Origin: Candidatus Bilamarchaeum sp.
GTDB taxonomy: Archaea; Micrarchaeota; Micrarchaeia; Anstonellales; Bilamarchaeaceae
Assembly (NCBI GenBank): GCA_035455205.1
Contig: DATIFM010000008.1
Coordinates: 13,146 to 77,145 of the forward strand
Length of the DNA: 64,000 nt
Direction: 5' to 3'
A program made the translations under genes and the position numbers. A model generated the notes under the pieces. That model had not been told where the DNA came from. It was given only the letters and a program-made list of their open reading frames with translations, and searched no databases. This document shows, piece after piece, positions 9,605 to 18,691 of the stretch; the stretch's first letter is position 1; each line of letters starts with the position of its first letter.

Positions 9605-10489
9605 ATGCACGCCCGCAGGCTCCCCTCTCCGGAAGAAAGGCTCAGGGCCAATTTCGCAAGGGCAGCGGTCCTGCTGTCATATATATCATGCAGGGAGGAG
9701 AAGGCGAAGTTTTCCGGGACGGAGCTTGCCAAAGATGATATTGCATTGCCGCCGAAGCCGGATTCCGCCCTGCCCGCGATAGGGAGGCTGGACCGGAGCC
9801 CCCGGAGCCTGCCGGGTGCGTGCCCGGATGGGATGGCCGAGCACAGCAATTTCTGCATGGACCGGTTCGAGGGCCGCCTAGTATATATAGAGGACGGCAG
9901 GCCCCACCCGCATTTTTTGAGGCCGGTGGATTTCACGAAAGTCAGGGCCCGGTCCGATTTCGGTGCCTTCCCTCAGGGATACCTGAGCCAGCTGGAATCC
10001 GCAACCGTCTGCTCCAACGCCGGAAAGCGCCTTTGCACCCTCAGGGAGTGGATGGAGGCCTGCACTGCGGGGGGAAAGAGGAGGTTCCCGTATGGCGAGG
10101 GCGCAAGAGGCAACATATGCAACTCGGGAAAGGGCCCGCACGTGATGAGCCTCTACCATGGCGGCAATCATCCGGGCCACTACTGGGACAACAATCAGTT
10201 CAACGACCCGATTCTGAACGTGACGCACGGCTACCTTGCAAGGACGGGGATGCACCCGGAGTGCGTGAGCGAGAGGGGCGAATCCGACCTCACAGGAAAT
10301 TTGCACGAGTGGGTGAGCGATGTAGGGGAAAACGGGATGGGGACTTTTGCAGGGAGCTGCTACTCGGACAACGACATGCCGTGCTCGTATTACGCGCAGG
10401 TGCATGCGAGGCAGTATCATGATTATTCGACTGGAGTCCGCTGCTGCAGCGGCAAGGAGGGAAAAAATGAGAAGAATCGCGTTCACTAG
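9605..10489 (+). CDS. FGE-sulfatase (formylglycine-generating enzyme-like) domain protein, probable lipoprotein, paralog 1
   Basis: GNLHEWVSD matches the GNxWEW hallmark of the FGE-sulfatase fold; Cys-rich; N-terminal hydrophobic segment ends in LSYISC (lipobox-like). ATG at 9605 preferred over the track's TTG at 9596. Confidence 0.6.
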   Translation: MHARRLPSPEERLRANFARAAVLLSYISCREEKAKFSGTELAKDDIALPPKPDSALPAIGRLDRSPRSLPGACPDGMAEHSNFCMDRFEGRLVYIEDGRPHPHFLRPVDFTKVRARSDFGAFPQGYLSQLESATVCSNAGKRLCTLREWMEACTAGGKRRFPYGEGARGNICNSGKGPHVMSLYHGGNHPGHYWDNNQFNDPILNVTHGYLARTGMHPECVSERGESDLTGNLHEWVSDVGENGMGTFAGSCYSDNDMPCSYYAQVHARQYHDYSTGVRCCSGKEGKNEKNRVH

Positions 10490-11402
10490 CATGGTTTTGC
10501 TCTCGTGCAACCGGGAGAAGGCTTACGAGGCGCCGCAGGGCACGCTGCCCGAGCCCTCGCGCACTTACGCGCCGATGGCGGAAGCGCCTATTGCGAGGCC
10601 GCCTGCGTCCCCGGCGCCGAAAAGGACTGCATCCGGAGCTTCCGCGGAGAAGCCGGAGGCCGGCACAAGCGCGGCAGCGGGTTCATCCTCGGATGCAGGG
10701 CCTGCCCTGGCCCTGAAACTGGGGACGGGTGCAGGATGCCCCGAAGGCATGGCGCGTACCGGGAGCTTCTGCATCGACCGGTTCGAGATAGCGCTGGAGG
10801 GGAAGGATGGCACGAGGTTCCGCCACAACGTTCATCCGCCAGAAGGCATGGACGGCCTCTCAGCCATATCCATCCCTGAAGTCAGCCCGCAGGGCCACCT
10901 CTCCCAGCCGCAGGCCATGAAGGCGTGCCAGAACGCCGGCAAGAGGCTCTGCACCTCGGACGAATGGGAGGCGGCATGCAAAGGGAAAGCGGGAAATCCG
11001 TTCCCCTACGGCGCGGCCATGGACGCGTCGGCCTGCAACGTCGACAAGAGGTCGCCCCACATCCTCGACTATTATTTCCCCGGCACGCCGCACCTCAAGA
11101 GGACAGGGAAGGAATTCAACGACCCGATGCTCCTCCTCGACCCGGCATACCAGACGAAAGCCGGCCGCATGCCTCTCTGCGTCACTCCCGAAGGCGTGTA
11201 CGACATGGACGGAAACATGAGCGAATGGGTGAGCGACTCCGAATCGAGGGGCGGGGTCACTTACGGCACCTTCCGCGGGGCGCCATTCTCGGGATACGCG
11301 AAGGAGGGGTGCGCGAGGAAAACCACAGCCCACGATGCAAGATATTACGATTACTCCACGGGGGCAAGGTGCTGCGCGGACATGCGGGGACGGGGTTTAT
11401 AA
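10467..11402 (+). CDS. FGE-sulfatase domain lipoprotein, paralog 2
   Basis: Start ATG at 10467 preceded by AGGAGGG; signal peptide MRRIAFTSMVLLSC (lipobox LLSC); GNMSEWVSD motif; clearly paralogous to the upstream gene (shared CxDRFE, QxxACxNAGKRLCT, EWxxAC blocks). Overlaps the upstream gene by about 23 nt. Confidence 0.65.
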   Translation: MRRIAFTSMVLLSCNREKAYEAPQGTLPEPSRTYAPMAEAPIARPPASPAPKRTASGASAEKPEAGTSAAAGSSSDAGPALALKLGTGAGCPEGMARTGSFCIDRFEIALEGKDGTRFRHNVHPPEGMDGLSAISIPEVSPQGHLSQPQAMKACQNAGKRLCTSDEWEAACKGKAGNPFPYGAAMDASACNVDKRSPHILDYYFPGTPHLKRTGKEFNDPMLLLDPAYQTKAGRMPLCVTPEGVYDMDGNMSEWVSDSESRGGVTYGTFRGAPFSGYAKEGCARKTTAHDARYYDYSTGARCCADMRGRGL

Positions 11403-11426
11403 ATACGAATATACACTTATTATAAC

Positions 11427-12254
11427 ATGCTTGAATTGAACAGGCCCCCCGGCAGGCGCGAGGAGAGGAACCTCATCGCCGGCCGCTACTGCCTCATCGA
11501 GGAGGTGGGGAGGGGGAGGCTCGGCTCCGTGCACAAGGCCCTCGACTGCGAGAGCGGGGGCACGGTCGCATTGAAGTTCGGCCTTGGGGACATGGGCTTT
11601 GCCCGCACTTCCCTCATGAACGAGGCAAGCGCGCTCGCCAGGGTGTCCCACGAAGGGGTGGCCGGCCTAAGGGGCGCCGGCGAGTCGGAAATGGGCCCTT
11701 TCATAGTCATGGATTATGTGCACGGACTGAACCTGAGGCAGCTCCTCAAAAGCGGGGGCATGCCTTCGGGGATGGCCATGAGGGCCATGGGCACGGTTTT
11801 GGGCGCCCTCGAATCCAGCCACCAGAGCGGCGTCGTCCACCGGGACATAAAGCCGAAGAACGTAATGATAGGGACGGACGGGAAGGCGAGGCTCGTGGAT
11901 TTCGGATTCGCCCGGGTGAGCGGGGAGAGCGATTACACCGAGAAGTTCACCCACGCCTTCGGCAACCCGATTTACAGCCCGCCCGAGGACCTCCGGGGAA
12001 ACGCGGACCCGAGGGTGGACATCTACTCGGCAGGCGTGATGCTTTACGAGCTCATGATAAACAGGAACAGGTTCTACTTCGTCAGCGCAATGAAGCTTCT
12101 CGAGCTCCGGACGAGCATCGGGAGGGCTTTCGGAGGGCGGAACGTGCCCGCAGACGCCCTCGAGATAGCGCACAAGGCGACGGAAAGGGACCCGGAAATG
12201 CGGTTCCAGAGCGCAAGGGCGATGAGGGAGGCCCTCGAGAACATCATCGTGTAG
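11427..12254 (+). CDS. Hanks-type serine/threonine protein kinase (kinase domain only, cytoplasmic)
   Basis: GRGRLGSV glycine loop, VALK lysine, HRDIKPKN catalytic loop, DFGFA and SPPE motifs. TATA-like TTTATAAA about 25 nt upstream. Confidence 0.85.
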   Translation: MLELNRPPGRREERNLIAGRYCLIEEVGRGRLGSVHKALDCESGGTVALKFGLGDMGFARTSLMNEASALARVSHEGVAGLRGAGESEMGPFIVMDYVHGLNLRQLLKSGGMPSGMAMRAMGTVLGALESSHQSGVVHRDIKPKNVMIGTDGKARLVDFGFARVSGESDYTEKFTHAFGNPIYSPPEDLRGNADPRVDIYSAGVMLYELMINRNRFYFVSAMKLLELRTSIGRAFGGRNVPADALEIAHKATERDPEMRFQSARAMREALENIIV

Positions 12255-12260
12255 GGTTTG

Positions 12261-12770
12261 TCATTGGGTGAGCCGCTTCATGCAGGAGGCGGCAAGGGAA
12301 ACCAGCGAAGAGTCGGCCATATCCTTCATGCCGGAAACCGTCTCGGCTATCCCCATCAGGACGATTTTTGAAAGGTCGCTGAATTCCGCGTCATGCGAGG
12401 CCCTGCGCAATATGTGCCCCAGCATCATCCGCGAAAGGGCAGGGTCGGCGCCGTCAACCGTGATTATGGCCATCGACACGAACATGCACGCGGCTATCTT
12501 CTCCTCCGCGGTCCTTTCCACGAAAGCCCCGAGCGCGGCCGCGGCGGAGCGGCGGTCGAGGGCGAGCGTCTGCGCGAAACCCTCTATGTCGAAATCGGTG
12601 TAGACGCTGTTCGGGTCCGAGCCGCCCTCGAAATGGGACATCGCCAGGGACACCAGGCGCTCGAGGGCGCCGGCGGGCGAGGAGCCGAGGGACTCGAGGA
12701 GAGCCTCGTGCCTGGAGCGCGCCTTCCTGCCGCGCATGTCTATTTCGAGGACCTTGCGCCCGTAAGCCAT
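12261..12770 (-). CDS. hypothetical protein (169 aa)
   Basis: ORF only; no motif recognised. Its antisense strand generates the spurious N-terminal extension of track ORF 12393..14543. Confidence 0.35.
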   Translation of the reverse strand: MAYGRKVLEIDMRGRKARSRHEALLESLGSSPAGALERLVSLAMSHFEGGSDPNSVYTDFDIEGFAQTLALDRRSAAAALGAFVERTAEEKIAACMFVSMAIITVDGADPALSRMMLGHILRRASHDAEFSDLSKIVLMGIAETVSGMKDMADSSLVSLAASCMKRLTQ

Positions 12771-12905
12771 GGATTGAAGGGGAAGCGCCGGTTTTTAGAT
12801 TCGAGCAGGAAAAAAGCGAAAATTTTCCGTGTACCGCACGCGGATTGCGGGAAAAATTGCAAAATTTCCAAACTCTTAAAAATCTTAAACGCGTGTGTGG
12901 TGCTC

Positions 12906-14543
12906 ATGAGAAACTTGATTATTTTGCTGGTTGCTTCGGTGATACTGATAAGCGGGTGCACGCAGGAGTGCCCCCAGGATGCCAAGCCGGTCTGCGGCTC
13001 TAACGGCGTCACTTACAAGAACGCCTGCCTCGCCCAGAAGGCCAACGCCACTGTCGTGAGCCAGGGCGCGTGCCCGGCAACGGCAGCGTGCACGGACTCC
13101 GACGGCGGAAAGGACATATTCACCGCAGGAAGCGTCACCGAGGGGGGTGCAGCGTCCGACGACATGTGCGCCAGCCCCGACAGCGTGCTCGAGAGGTTCT
13201 GCAAGGACTCCTCCGCGCTGTCTGAGAACCTGCCCTGCCCGTCAGGCTACCAGTGCGACGGCGGCAAATGCGTCGAAGTCGCCTGCTCTGACAGCGACGG
13301 CGGGATAAAGGAGGACGTGAAGGGGAGCGTAACCGCGGGAGGCAAGACCTCCGGCGACGAATGCGCCGACTCCGGCTCGGTCAAGGAATTCTACTGCGAC
13401 GGAGGAAAGGCGAACTCCAAGGAAATAGTGTGCGCCTCGGGAATGTCCTGCGTTAACGGCGCGTGCGTCAAGACGCTGTGCACCGACTCCGACGGCGGGA
13501 AGGACCCGGCGATAAAGGGCACCGCGAAGGCCGGAAGCGTCTCGCAGACGGACTCCTGCGACGGCAACGCCCTCACGGAATACTTCTGCGACGGCGACTC
13601 GGTTAAATCCGAGAAGGCCAACTGCCCGAGCGGCTACAGCTGCACGGACGGCAAGTGCGCAAAGAGCGTGTGCACGGACTCCGACGGCGGAAAGACCGCG
13701 GACGTGAAGGGCACCGTATCTTACGGGACCGCATCCCAGACGGACAGCTGCTACAGCAACACGCAGGTGCTCGAGTATTTCTGCGCCTCGGACGACAGCT
13801 ATACATCCGAGAAGATGAGCTGCGGGACGAACAGGGAATGCTTCGACGGCAAGTGCAGGAACGTCGAGTGCGCAGTCGACCTCCAGATAGTCGACGTGAG
13901 CGACAAGAGGGTCGAGCTCAAGGCCTTCGACGACTCGGACGAGCTGAAGCTCTACGAGAACGAAGTCGTTGAGATAAACGACGGCATGTTCCTCATGCTG
14001 GACACGATAAGCGGCAACCAGACGAGCCTGAAGCTGTTCAGGACGTTCGCGAAGCTGCAGGACAATGACGACGAGTGCAGCACGGACATCAGCGCAGGGG
14101 ACACCGAGAACGACCTCTGCGGAAGGAACACGGGCGACGTCGAGATAGGCAGCGTCAATGACAGCGGCGGATACGCGTTCCTCACCCTGCAGGAATACTT
14201 CGCAACGCAGTATTACTCGCAGGAGGGGAGCATAAAGAACTGGACCGACAACGTCCAGTGCCAGGACGACGAGGAGTCGTTCGACACGTATACGGCAGAC
14301 TTCTACCCGCGCCTCGACACGGCCTCATCGGGCCTCAACCTCGACGGAAGGAAGCTGAAGCTGTTCAGCCTCGACTCCAGGATAATCGAGGTCACCGGGG
14401 ACAGTGTCACACTCGACATTGACGGCGACGACGTCGAGCTGCAGGAGAGCGACACCTTCGAGTACCGCAACGAGCGGTACAGGGTGACGTCGCTCGAATT
14501 CGACGACGGCGGCCTCACGAGGATGGAAATCGAGCTCGACTGA
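12906..14543 (+). CDS. secreted lipoprotein with N-terminal Kazal-like domain, four tandem 6-Cys repeat modules and an acidic C-terminal domain
   Basis: Signal peptide MRNLIILLVASVILISGC (lipobox); Kazal hallmark PVCGSNGVTYKNAC; repeats beginning CTDSDGGKD / CSDSDGGIK at about 65-aa spacing; C-terminal about 230 aa rich in Asp/Glu. True start is ATG 12906, not the track's 12393. Confidence 0.7.
   Translation: MRNLIILLVASVILISGCTQECPQDAKPVCGSNGVTYKNACLAQKANATVVSQGACPATAACTDSDGGKDIFTAGSVTEGGAASDDMCASPDSVLERFCKDSSALSENLPCPSGYQCDGGKCVEVACSDSDGGIKEDVKGSVTAGGKTSGDECADSGSVKEFYCDGGKANSKEIVCASGMSCVNGACVKTLCTDSDGGKDPAIKGTAKAGSVSQTDSCDGNALTEYFCDGDSVKSEKANCPSGYSCTDGKCAKSVCTDSDGGKTADVKGTVSYGTASQTDSCYSNTQVLEYFCASDDSYTSEKMSCGTNRECFDGKCRNVECAVDLQIVDVSDKRVELKAFDDSDELKLYENEVVEINDGMFLMLDTISGNQTSLKLFRTFAKLQDNDDECSTDISAGDTENDLCGRNTGDVEIGSVNDSGGYAFLTLQEYFATQYYSQEGSIKNWTDNVQCQDDEESFDTYTADFYPRLDTASSGLNLDGRKLKLFSLDSRIIEVTGDSVTLDIDGDDVELQESDTFEYRNERYRVTSLEFDDGGLTRMEIELD
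13089..13875 (+). repeat. four tandem about 195-nt coding repeats (units start near 13089, 13284, 13479, 13671)
   Basis: DNA-level recurrence of tgcacggactccgacggcgg(a/g)aagga / tgctctgacagcgacggcggg; each unit encodes C-x-DSDGG-...-C-...-(F/Y)C-...-C-(P/A)SG(Y/M)xCxxGxC. Confidence 0.7.
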
Positions 14544-14576
14544 TTTTTTTTATTTTTATCATTTTCGGGGTCAATA

Positions 14577-14828
14577 ATGGACAGGCCGGCGATATACACC
14601 GAGAACAAGACGGTCATAGACCTCGGCGGCAGCCTGAGCTGGTTCGCCTGCATAATCCTTGCGATTCTGATTATCCATTTCAGCTGCGGCGCGGGCACGG
14701 CCACAGGCTACGTGGGCGAAATCTGCGCAAGGGGCTTCGGGATACAGGACTATCTCGGCCTCATATGCTGCGCACCGCTCTACCTGCTTGCCGTAATACT
14801 CGCAAGCGGCGGCCTCAGGATCTGGTAA
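14577..14828 (+). CDS. small membrane protein (83 aa, 2 TM), hypothetical
   Basis: Hydrophobic segments FACIILAILIIHF and LICCAPLYLLAVILASGG. Confidence 0.3.
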   Translation: MDRPAIYTENKTVIDLGGSLSWFACIILAILIIHFSCGAGTATGYVGEICARGFGIQDYLGLICCAPLYLLAVILASGGLRIW

Positions 14829-16053
14829 ACTTTTCGAGTTCTCTGAGGAGGAACGGGTCCAGCCTCGCAATCAAATGCTCCCGGACCTTGGCATCCTTGA
14901 AGCGGTAAGAGAGCACGGGCTCTCCCGTGTCCGTGACGAAGCGCGCCTTCCACTTGTTCTTGTATACGGTGAGCCCGGTCGTCCTGAAGGGGCCGCCGAG
15001 GCCGAAATCGAGCATCGCCACCCCTTTTTCGCACGCGTGCGATACGGAGAAATAATAGAGGGCCGAGCCGACGCCTGAGCGCATCAGCGCCCTGCTCCCT
15101 TCGAGCACGCCGATTGCCTTGAGCGCCAGAACCCGGCCGGGGCATTCTTGAACGAGGACTCCGCCGAGGGTGGCGTCGCCCCGGCAGGCAAAGAGAAGGT
15201 AACCGGCCCGGAACAGGGACTCCAGCTCGGAGAAAGTCGGCCTGACGGCGTTGCTCTCATGCATGGCCTCGAGCGTCGGCAGGTGCATGGATTTGTAGAA
15301 AAGGACGAAGTCATCCCGGTCCCGCGATATCCGGGGCATGAACCCTGCCTTCCGTATCTTGTTGATGTCGCTCCGGGCAGAGTGCGGGAGGCCCTTTTCG
15401 TATTCTGCGAGCGTGGCGGGTATGTCGATGATGGCGCGCACCGAGGACGGGGTGGCAAAATCGCCCCCTCCTGCGCCGGACTCCGGGACGGAGAGGATTT
15501 CGAGGTCCGCATCCCGGGCATCTTCGCGGCCTGCAGGCACGGCTCGCGCGGGGACGTCGAAGAGGGTTTCCGAAAGCAGGGCCGCCTTGTGCCCGGGAGT
15601 CCTGAGGAGCACAGTAAGGGGCAGGCCGCCGCACCGCCCCTTCGCGACATATGAGCGCGGGAAAAGCCGCGACTTGAGGCGGTACGCGGCCCCTGCAAGC
15701 ACAGGGAAGGAATTCCTCAGGGCAGAAAGGAGCGGCTCGGAGATTCCGGATCGGGGCCGCCCGAGGGCGTGAAGCCGGAGCCGGGCGGCGGCAGGCGCGG
15801 GGATGCCGCAGGAGACGGCGAGTCGCCCGGCCCTGTGCTCGCCGGCGAGTGAGGCAAGGGCGCATGCAAGTGCGTCCTCGTCGAAGCCGTCCGGAAATTC
15901 AAGGTTGGAGAGGGTGCCTCCTGCGAAGTCGAAAGTGAGCGCGTCGCGCTCGTCCCTTTTCACGGAAAAACGCCGGGCGCCCGGACCGCCGGTGCGGATC
16001 AGCTCCCGCCCCGGAGGCCCGCGCTCGTCGCCGACGAATCTGGCATATTGCAT
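14815..16053 (-). CDS. hypothetical protein with C-terminal FemAB/BioF2-like GNAT-fold acyltransferase domain
   Basis: Start placed at MQYARFVG (ATG 16053..16051); C-terminal pattern ALYYFSVSHACEKGVAMLDFGLGG...GLTVYKNKWKAR resembles the FemAB/CelD-type acyltransferase fold. The track's longer ORF (to 16482) is an antisense overlap with the leuA-like gene. Confidence 0.4.
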   Translation of the reverse strand: MQYARFVGDERGPPGRELIRTGGPGARRFSVKRDERDALTFDFAGGTLSNLEFPDGFDEDALACALASLAGEHRAGRLAVSCGIPAPAAARLRLHALGRPRSGISEPLLSALRNSFPVLAGAAYRLKSRLFPRSYVAKGRCGGLPLTVLLRTPGHKAALLSETLFDVPARAVPAGREDARDADLEILSVPESGAGGGDFATPSSVRAIIDIPATLAEYEKGLPHSARSDINKIRKAGFMPRISRDRDDFVLFYKSMHLPTLEAMHESNAVRPTFSELESLFRAGYLLFACRGDATLGGVLVQECPGRVLALKAIGVLEGSRALMRSGVGSALYYFSVSHACEKGVAMLDFGLGGPFRTTGLTVYKNKWKARFVTDTGEPVLSYRFKDAKVREHLIARLDPFLLRELEKFTRS

Positions 16054-16147
16054 AGTCGCATCCCGCGTGATAGTATCCCGTGAGAAGCTTAAAAGGCGCG
16101 CAGATATGTTTTTATTGCTCGGATGATATGTGAGAGCGGCGGGAACA

Positions 16148-17221
16148 ATGGCTTTGATGATACAGGACACGACGCTGAGGGAGGGACAGCAGACTGCGTT
16201 CGTGAGCTTCACCAGGGAGCAGAAGCTGGAGCTTGCCGCCATGCTCTCGGATTTCGGGGTGGACTTCATCGACATCATGCCCGCGGCCTCGCCGAGGGAG
16301 CAGGCGATGAACAAGGAGCTTAACGGCATGGGCCTGCGGCCGAATGTCGTCTCGCTCTGCCGCACCATGAAGGAAGACATAGACAAGGCAATCGAGGCCG
16401 ACGCGAAATGGGTCGGAGTGTTCCAGGGGACTTCCCAGATACACCTCGAGTCCAAGCTCAGGATGGACGAGGATGCCAGCATAAGGAAGATAGAGGAGGC
16501 GGTGTCCTACGCCGCATCGCGCGGCCTGAAGGCCCGATTCGGCCTCGAGGACGCCTCGAGGACATCATACGATTATTTGATAAGGACGTGCCGGGCCGCG
16601 AGGGACGCGGGCGCGTGCCGGATAACGCTCGCGGACACGCTCGGGGCGATGCGCCCGGACAGGATGAAGGAGCTTGTCGCGAAAGTGAAGGCCGAGGCCG
16701 GCCTCCCGATAGACGTCCATTGCCACAATGATTTGGGCCTCGCGCTCGCGAACTCGCTTGCCGCCTACGAGGCAGGGGCCTCCTGCGTGCACACGACGAT
16801 AAACGGCTGCGGCGAGAGGGTCGGGATAGTGAAGCTCGCCGAGCTCGTGATGGCGATGGAAATCCTCTATGGGGAGAGGCTGAACGTGAAAAAGGAGATG
16901 CTGTATGCGCTCTCCGAGAAGTTCTCGGAGTTCAGCGGCATCCCCACGTGCCCGCTCATGCCTGTCGTCGGCAAAAACGCGTTCAGGCACAAGAGCGGCA
17001 TCCATACCGCCGCGCTCCTGCGCGACAAGAGGACGTACGAGCTTTTCGAGCCGCAAAGCGTAGGCAACAGGCGAAGGTACATACTCGGCGAATACACCGG
17101 AAAGGCGCTCATGAAGCACCTCTCGGACAGCCTCCACATGAACCTGAGCGACGAGCAGATACAGAGGGAGCTGCGCAAGATAAAGGGAAAGGGCGGAGAC
17201 ATATTCGACTTCCGTGATTGA
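16148..17221 (+). CDS. 2-isopropylmalate / (R)-citramalate / homocitrate synthase family (short form without regulatory domain)
   Basis: LREGQQ motif (QDTTLREGQQTAFV), HMGL-like TIM barrel, HxH metal site (VHCHNDLG). 358 aa, so the LeuA C-terminal regulatory domain is absent. Confidence 0.85.
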   Translation: MALMIQDTTLREGQQTAFVSFTREQKLELAAMLSDFGVDFIDIMPAASPREQAMNKELNGMGLRPNVVSLCRTMKEDIDKAIEADAKWVGVFQGTSQIHLESKLRMDEDASIRKIEEAVSYAASRGLKARFGLEDASRTSYDYLIRTCRAARDAGACRITLADTLGAMRPDRMKELVAKVKAEAGLPIDVHCHNDLGLALANSLAAYEAGASCVHTTINGCGERVGIVKLAELVMAMEILYGERLNVKKEMLYALSEKFSEFSGIPTCPLMPVVGKNAFRHKSGIHTAALLRDKRTYELFEPQSVGNRRRYILGEYTGKALMKHLSDSLHMNLSDEQIQRELRKIKGKGGDIFDFRD

Positions 17222-17459
17222 CATGAAGGCGTTTGTAGGGATAACTGGAACGGACGAGAAGCAGGTTTCTGCGGTTGCAGGGCGCCTAGCCTCGATAGAG
17301 GGGGTGGACGAAGCCATCGAGCTTGCCGGCCCGCTCGACCTGATGCTCAGGGTGAGCTCGGACTCGGCAAGCGGGATGAGCCGCATCATGGAGCGCATCA
17401 AGGCGACAGAGGGAGTGATGTCCGCGACGAGCTACCTCGTAATCGGTGAGAGTAAATGA
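17214..17459 (+). CDS. stand-alone Lrp/AsnC C-terminal (RAM) ligand-binding domain protein
   Basis: 81 aa; pattern G...DEAIELAGPLDLMLRVSSD...GVMSATSYLVI fits the RAM fold. Overlaps the neighbouring genes by a few nt (operonic). Confidence 0.45.
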   Translation: MIDMKAFVGITGTDEKQVSAVAGRLASIEGVDEAIELAGPLDLMLRVSSDSASGMSRIMERIKATEGVMSATSYLVIGESK

Positions 17460-18691
17460 GCAGCCTAGTCGAGAAGATTCTTTCGTGCCACGCGCACCGC
17501 GAGGTGCATGCGGGCGAGACGATAATAGCGGACGTGGACCTCCTGATGGCTCACGACGTGACATGCGCATGGTCCATCGAGCCGTTCAAGAAAATCGCGC
17601 AGCGGGTCTTCGACCCGAAGAAGATAGTCGTCCCGTTCGACCACATATTCCCGAGCTCGCACATGGGCGCGTCCGTGATGCAGAAGAAGGTGATGGAATT
17701 CTGCAGGGAGCAGGGGATTGCGACGCTCTATGACGGCGTCGGGCACCAGGTGCTCGCCGAGAAATACCAGGTGCCGAACAGCCTCATGGTCGGCGCGGAC
17801 AGCCACACGCCCACGGGGGGCGGCGTGAGCGCCCTGACCCTCGGCGTCGGGAGCACGGACATGGCCATACTTTTCGCGACCGGGAAGACGTGGCTGAGCG
17901 TGCCCGAGACAATACACATCAGGATGAAGGGGAGGTTCAAGAAAGGCGTTTATGCGAAGGACGCGGGGCTCAGGCTGATGGCCGAGCTCGACCCGAAGGA
18001 GACCGGATACCGCGTCATCGAGTTCGAGGGACCAGAACTGGACGTCCCGGAAAGGATGACGCTCTGCAACCTCTGCTCCGAGATGGGCGCGAAGACCGCG
18101 ATATTCCCGGCAGACAGGCAGACGGAAAAATACCTGAGGGAGAACAATCGCTACGCGCCTTTCGAGGAGATACGCACGGACTCGGAATCCGACTACTGCA
18201 AGAGCGTTGAAATCGACCTCGACTCCCTCGAGCCCATCGTCGCAAGGCCGCCGCACATCACTGGCGGCGTCCCGGTTGGGGAGACCGAGGGCATAGAGCT
18301 GAACCAGATATTCCTCGGCTCCTGCACGAACGGAAGGGTGGAGGACCTAGAAATAGCCGCGAAAATCCTCAAGGGGAAGAAAGTGAAGGAGGGCGTGCGC
18401 TTCATAGTGACTCCAGCTTCCCGGCAGGCATACCAGCAGGCGCTCGAGCGGGGGCACCTTTCGGTGCTGAACGAGGCCGGCGCGATACTGTGCAACCCCG
18501 GCTGCGGCCCGTGCCTCGGGCGGCAGCAGGGAGTCCTTGCCGACGGCGAAGTATGCCTCTCGACGAGCAACCGGAACTTCCCCGGGCGCATGGGAAGCCC
18601 CAAGGCAGAGATATACCTCTGCTCGCCGGCGACCGCCGCCGCGAGCGCGATAAGCGGGAGGATAACAGACCCGAGGAAGGTGCTCATATGA
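17456..18691 (+). CDS. leuC: 3-isopropylmalate dehydratase / homoaconitase large subunit (aconitase family)
   Basis: Aconitase signatures MVGADSHTPTGGG and NPGCGPCLGRQQGVL...STSNRNFPGRMGS. Could equally be hacA/aksD; assignment within the family is ambiguous. Confidence 0.85.
   Translation: MSSLVEKILSCHAHREVHAGETIIADVDLLMAHDVTCAWSIEPFKKIAQRVFDPKKIVVPFDHIFPSSHMGASVMQKKVMEFCREQGIATLYDGVGHQVLAEKYQVPNSLMVGADSHTPTGGGVSALTLGVGSTDMAILFATGKTWLSVPETIHIRMKGRFKKGVYAKDAGLRLMAELDPKETGYRVIEFEGPELDVPERMTLCNLCSEMGAKTAIFPADRQTEKYLRENNRYAPFEEIRTDSESDYCKSVEIDLDSLEPIVARPPHITGGVPVGETEGIELNQIFLGSCTNGRVEDLEIAAKILKGKKVKEGVRFIVTPASRQAYQQALERGHLSVLNEAGAILCNPGCGPCLGRQQGVLADGEVCLSTSNRNFPGRMGSPKAEIYLCSPATAAASAISGRITDPRKVLI

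Noticed and set aside
10347-10466. Upstream in-frame start for the second FGE-like gene at 10347.
   Set aside because: Would overlap the first gene by 143 nt. ATG 10467 is preceded by a strong AGGAGGG Shine-Dalgarno-like site and begins a classical lipoprotein signal peptide.
12393-12905. 5' 171 codons of track ORF 12393..14543 (would make a 716-aa protein).
   Set aside because: This part is antisense to the minus-strand gene 12261..12770 and has junk-like composition. A strong lipobox signal peptide begins at ATG 12906, after an AT-rich promoter-like region.
16054-16482. N-terminal 143 codons of track ORF 14815..16482.
   Set aside because: Overlaps and is antisense to the leuA-like gene start. 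Composition is Ser/Leu/Cys-rich junk. The internal Met at 16053 is followed by sequence with coding character.
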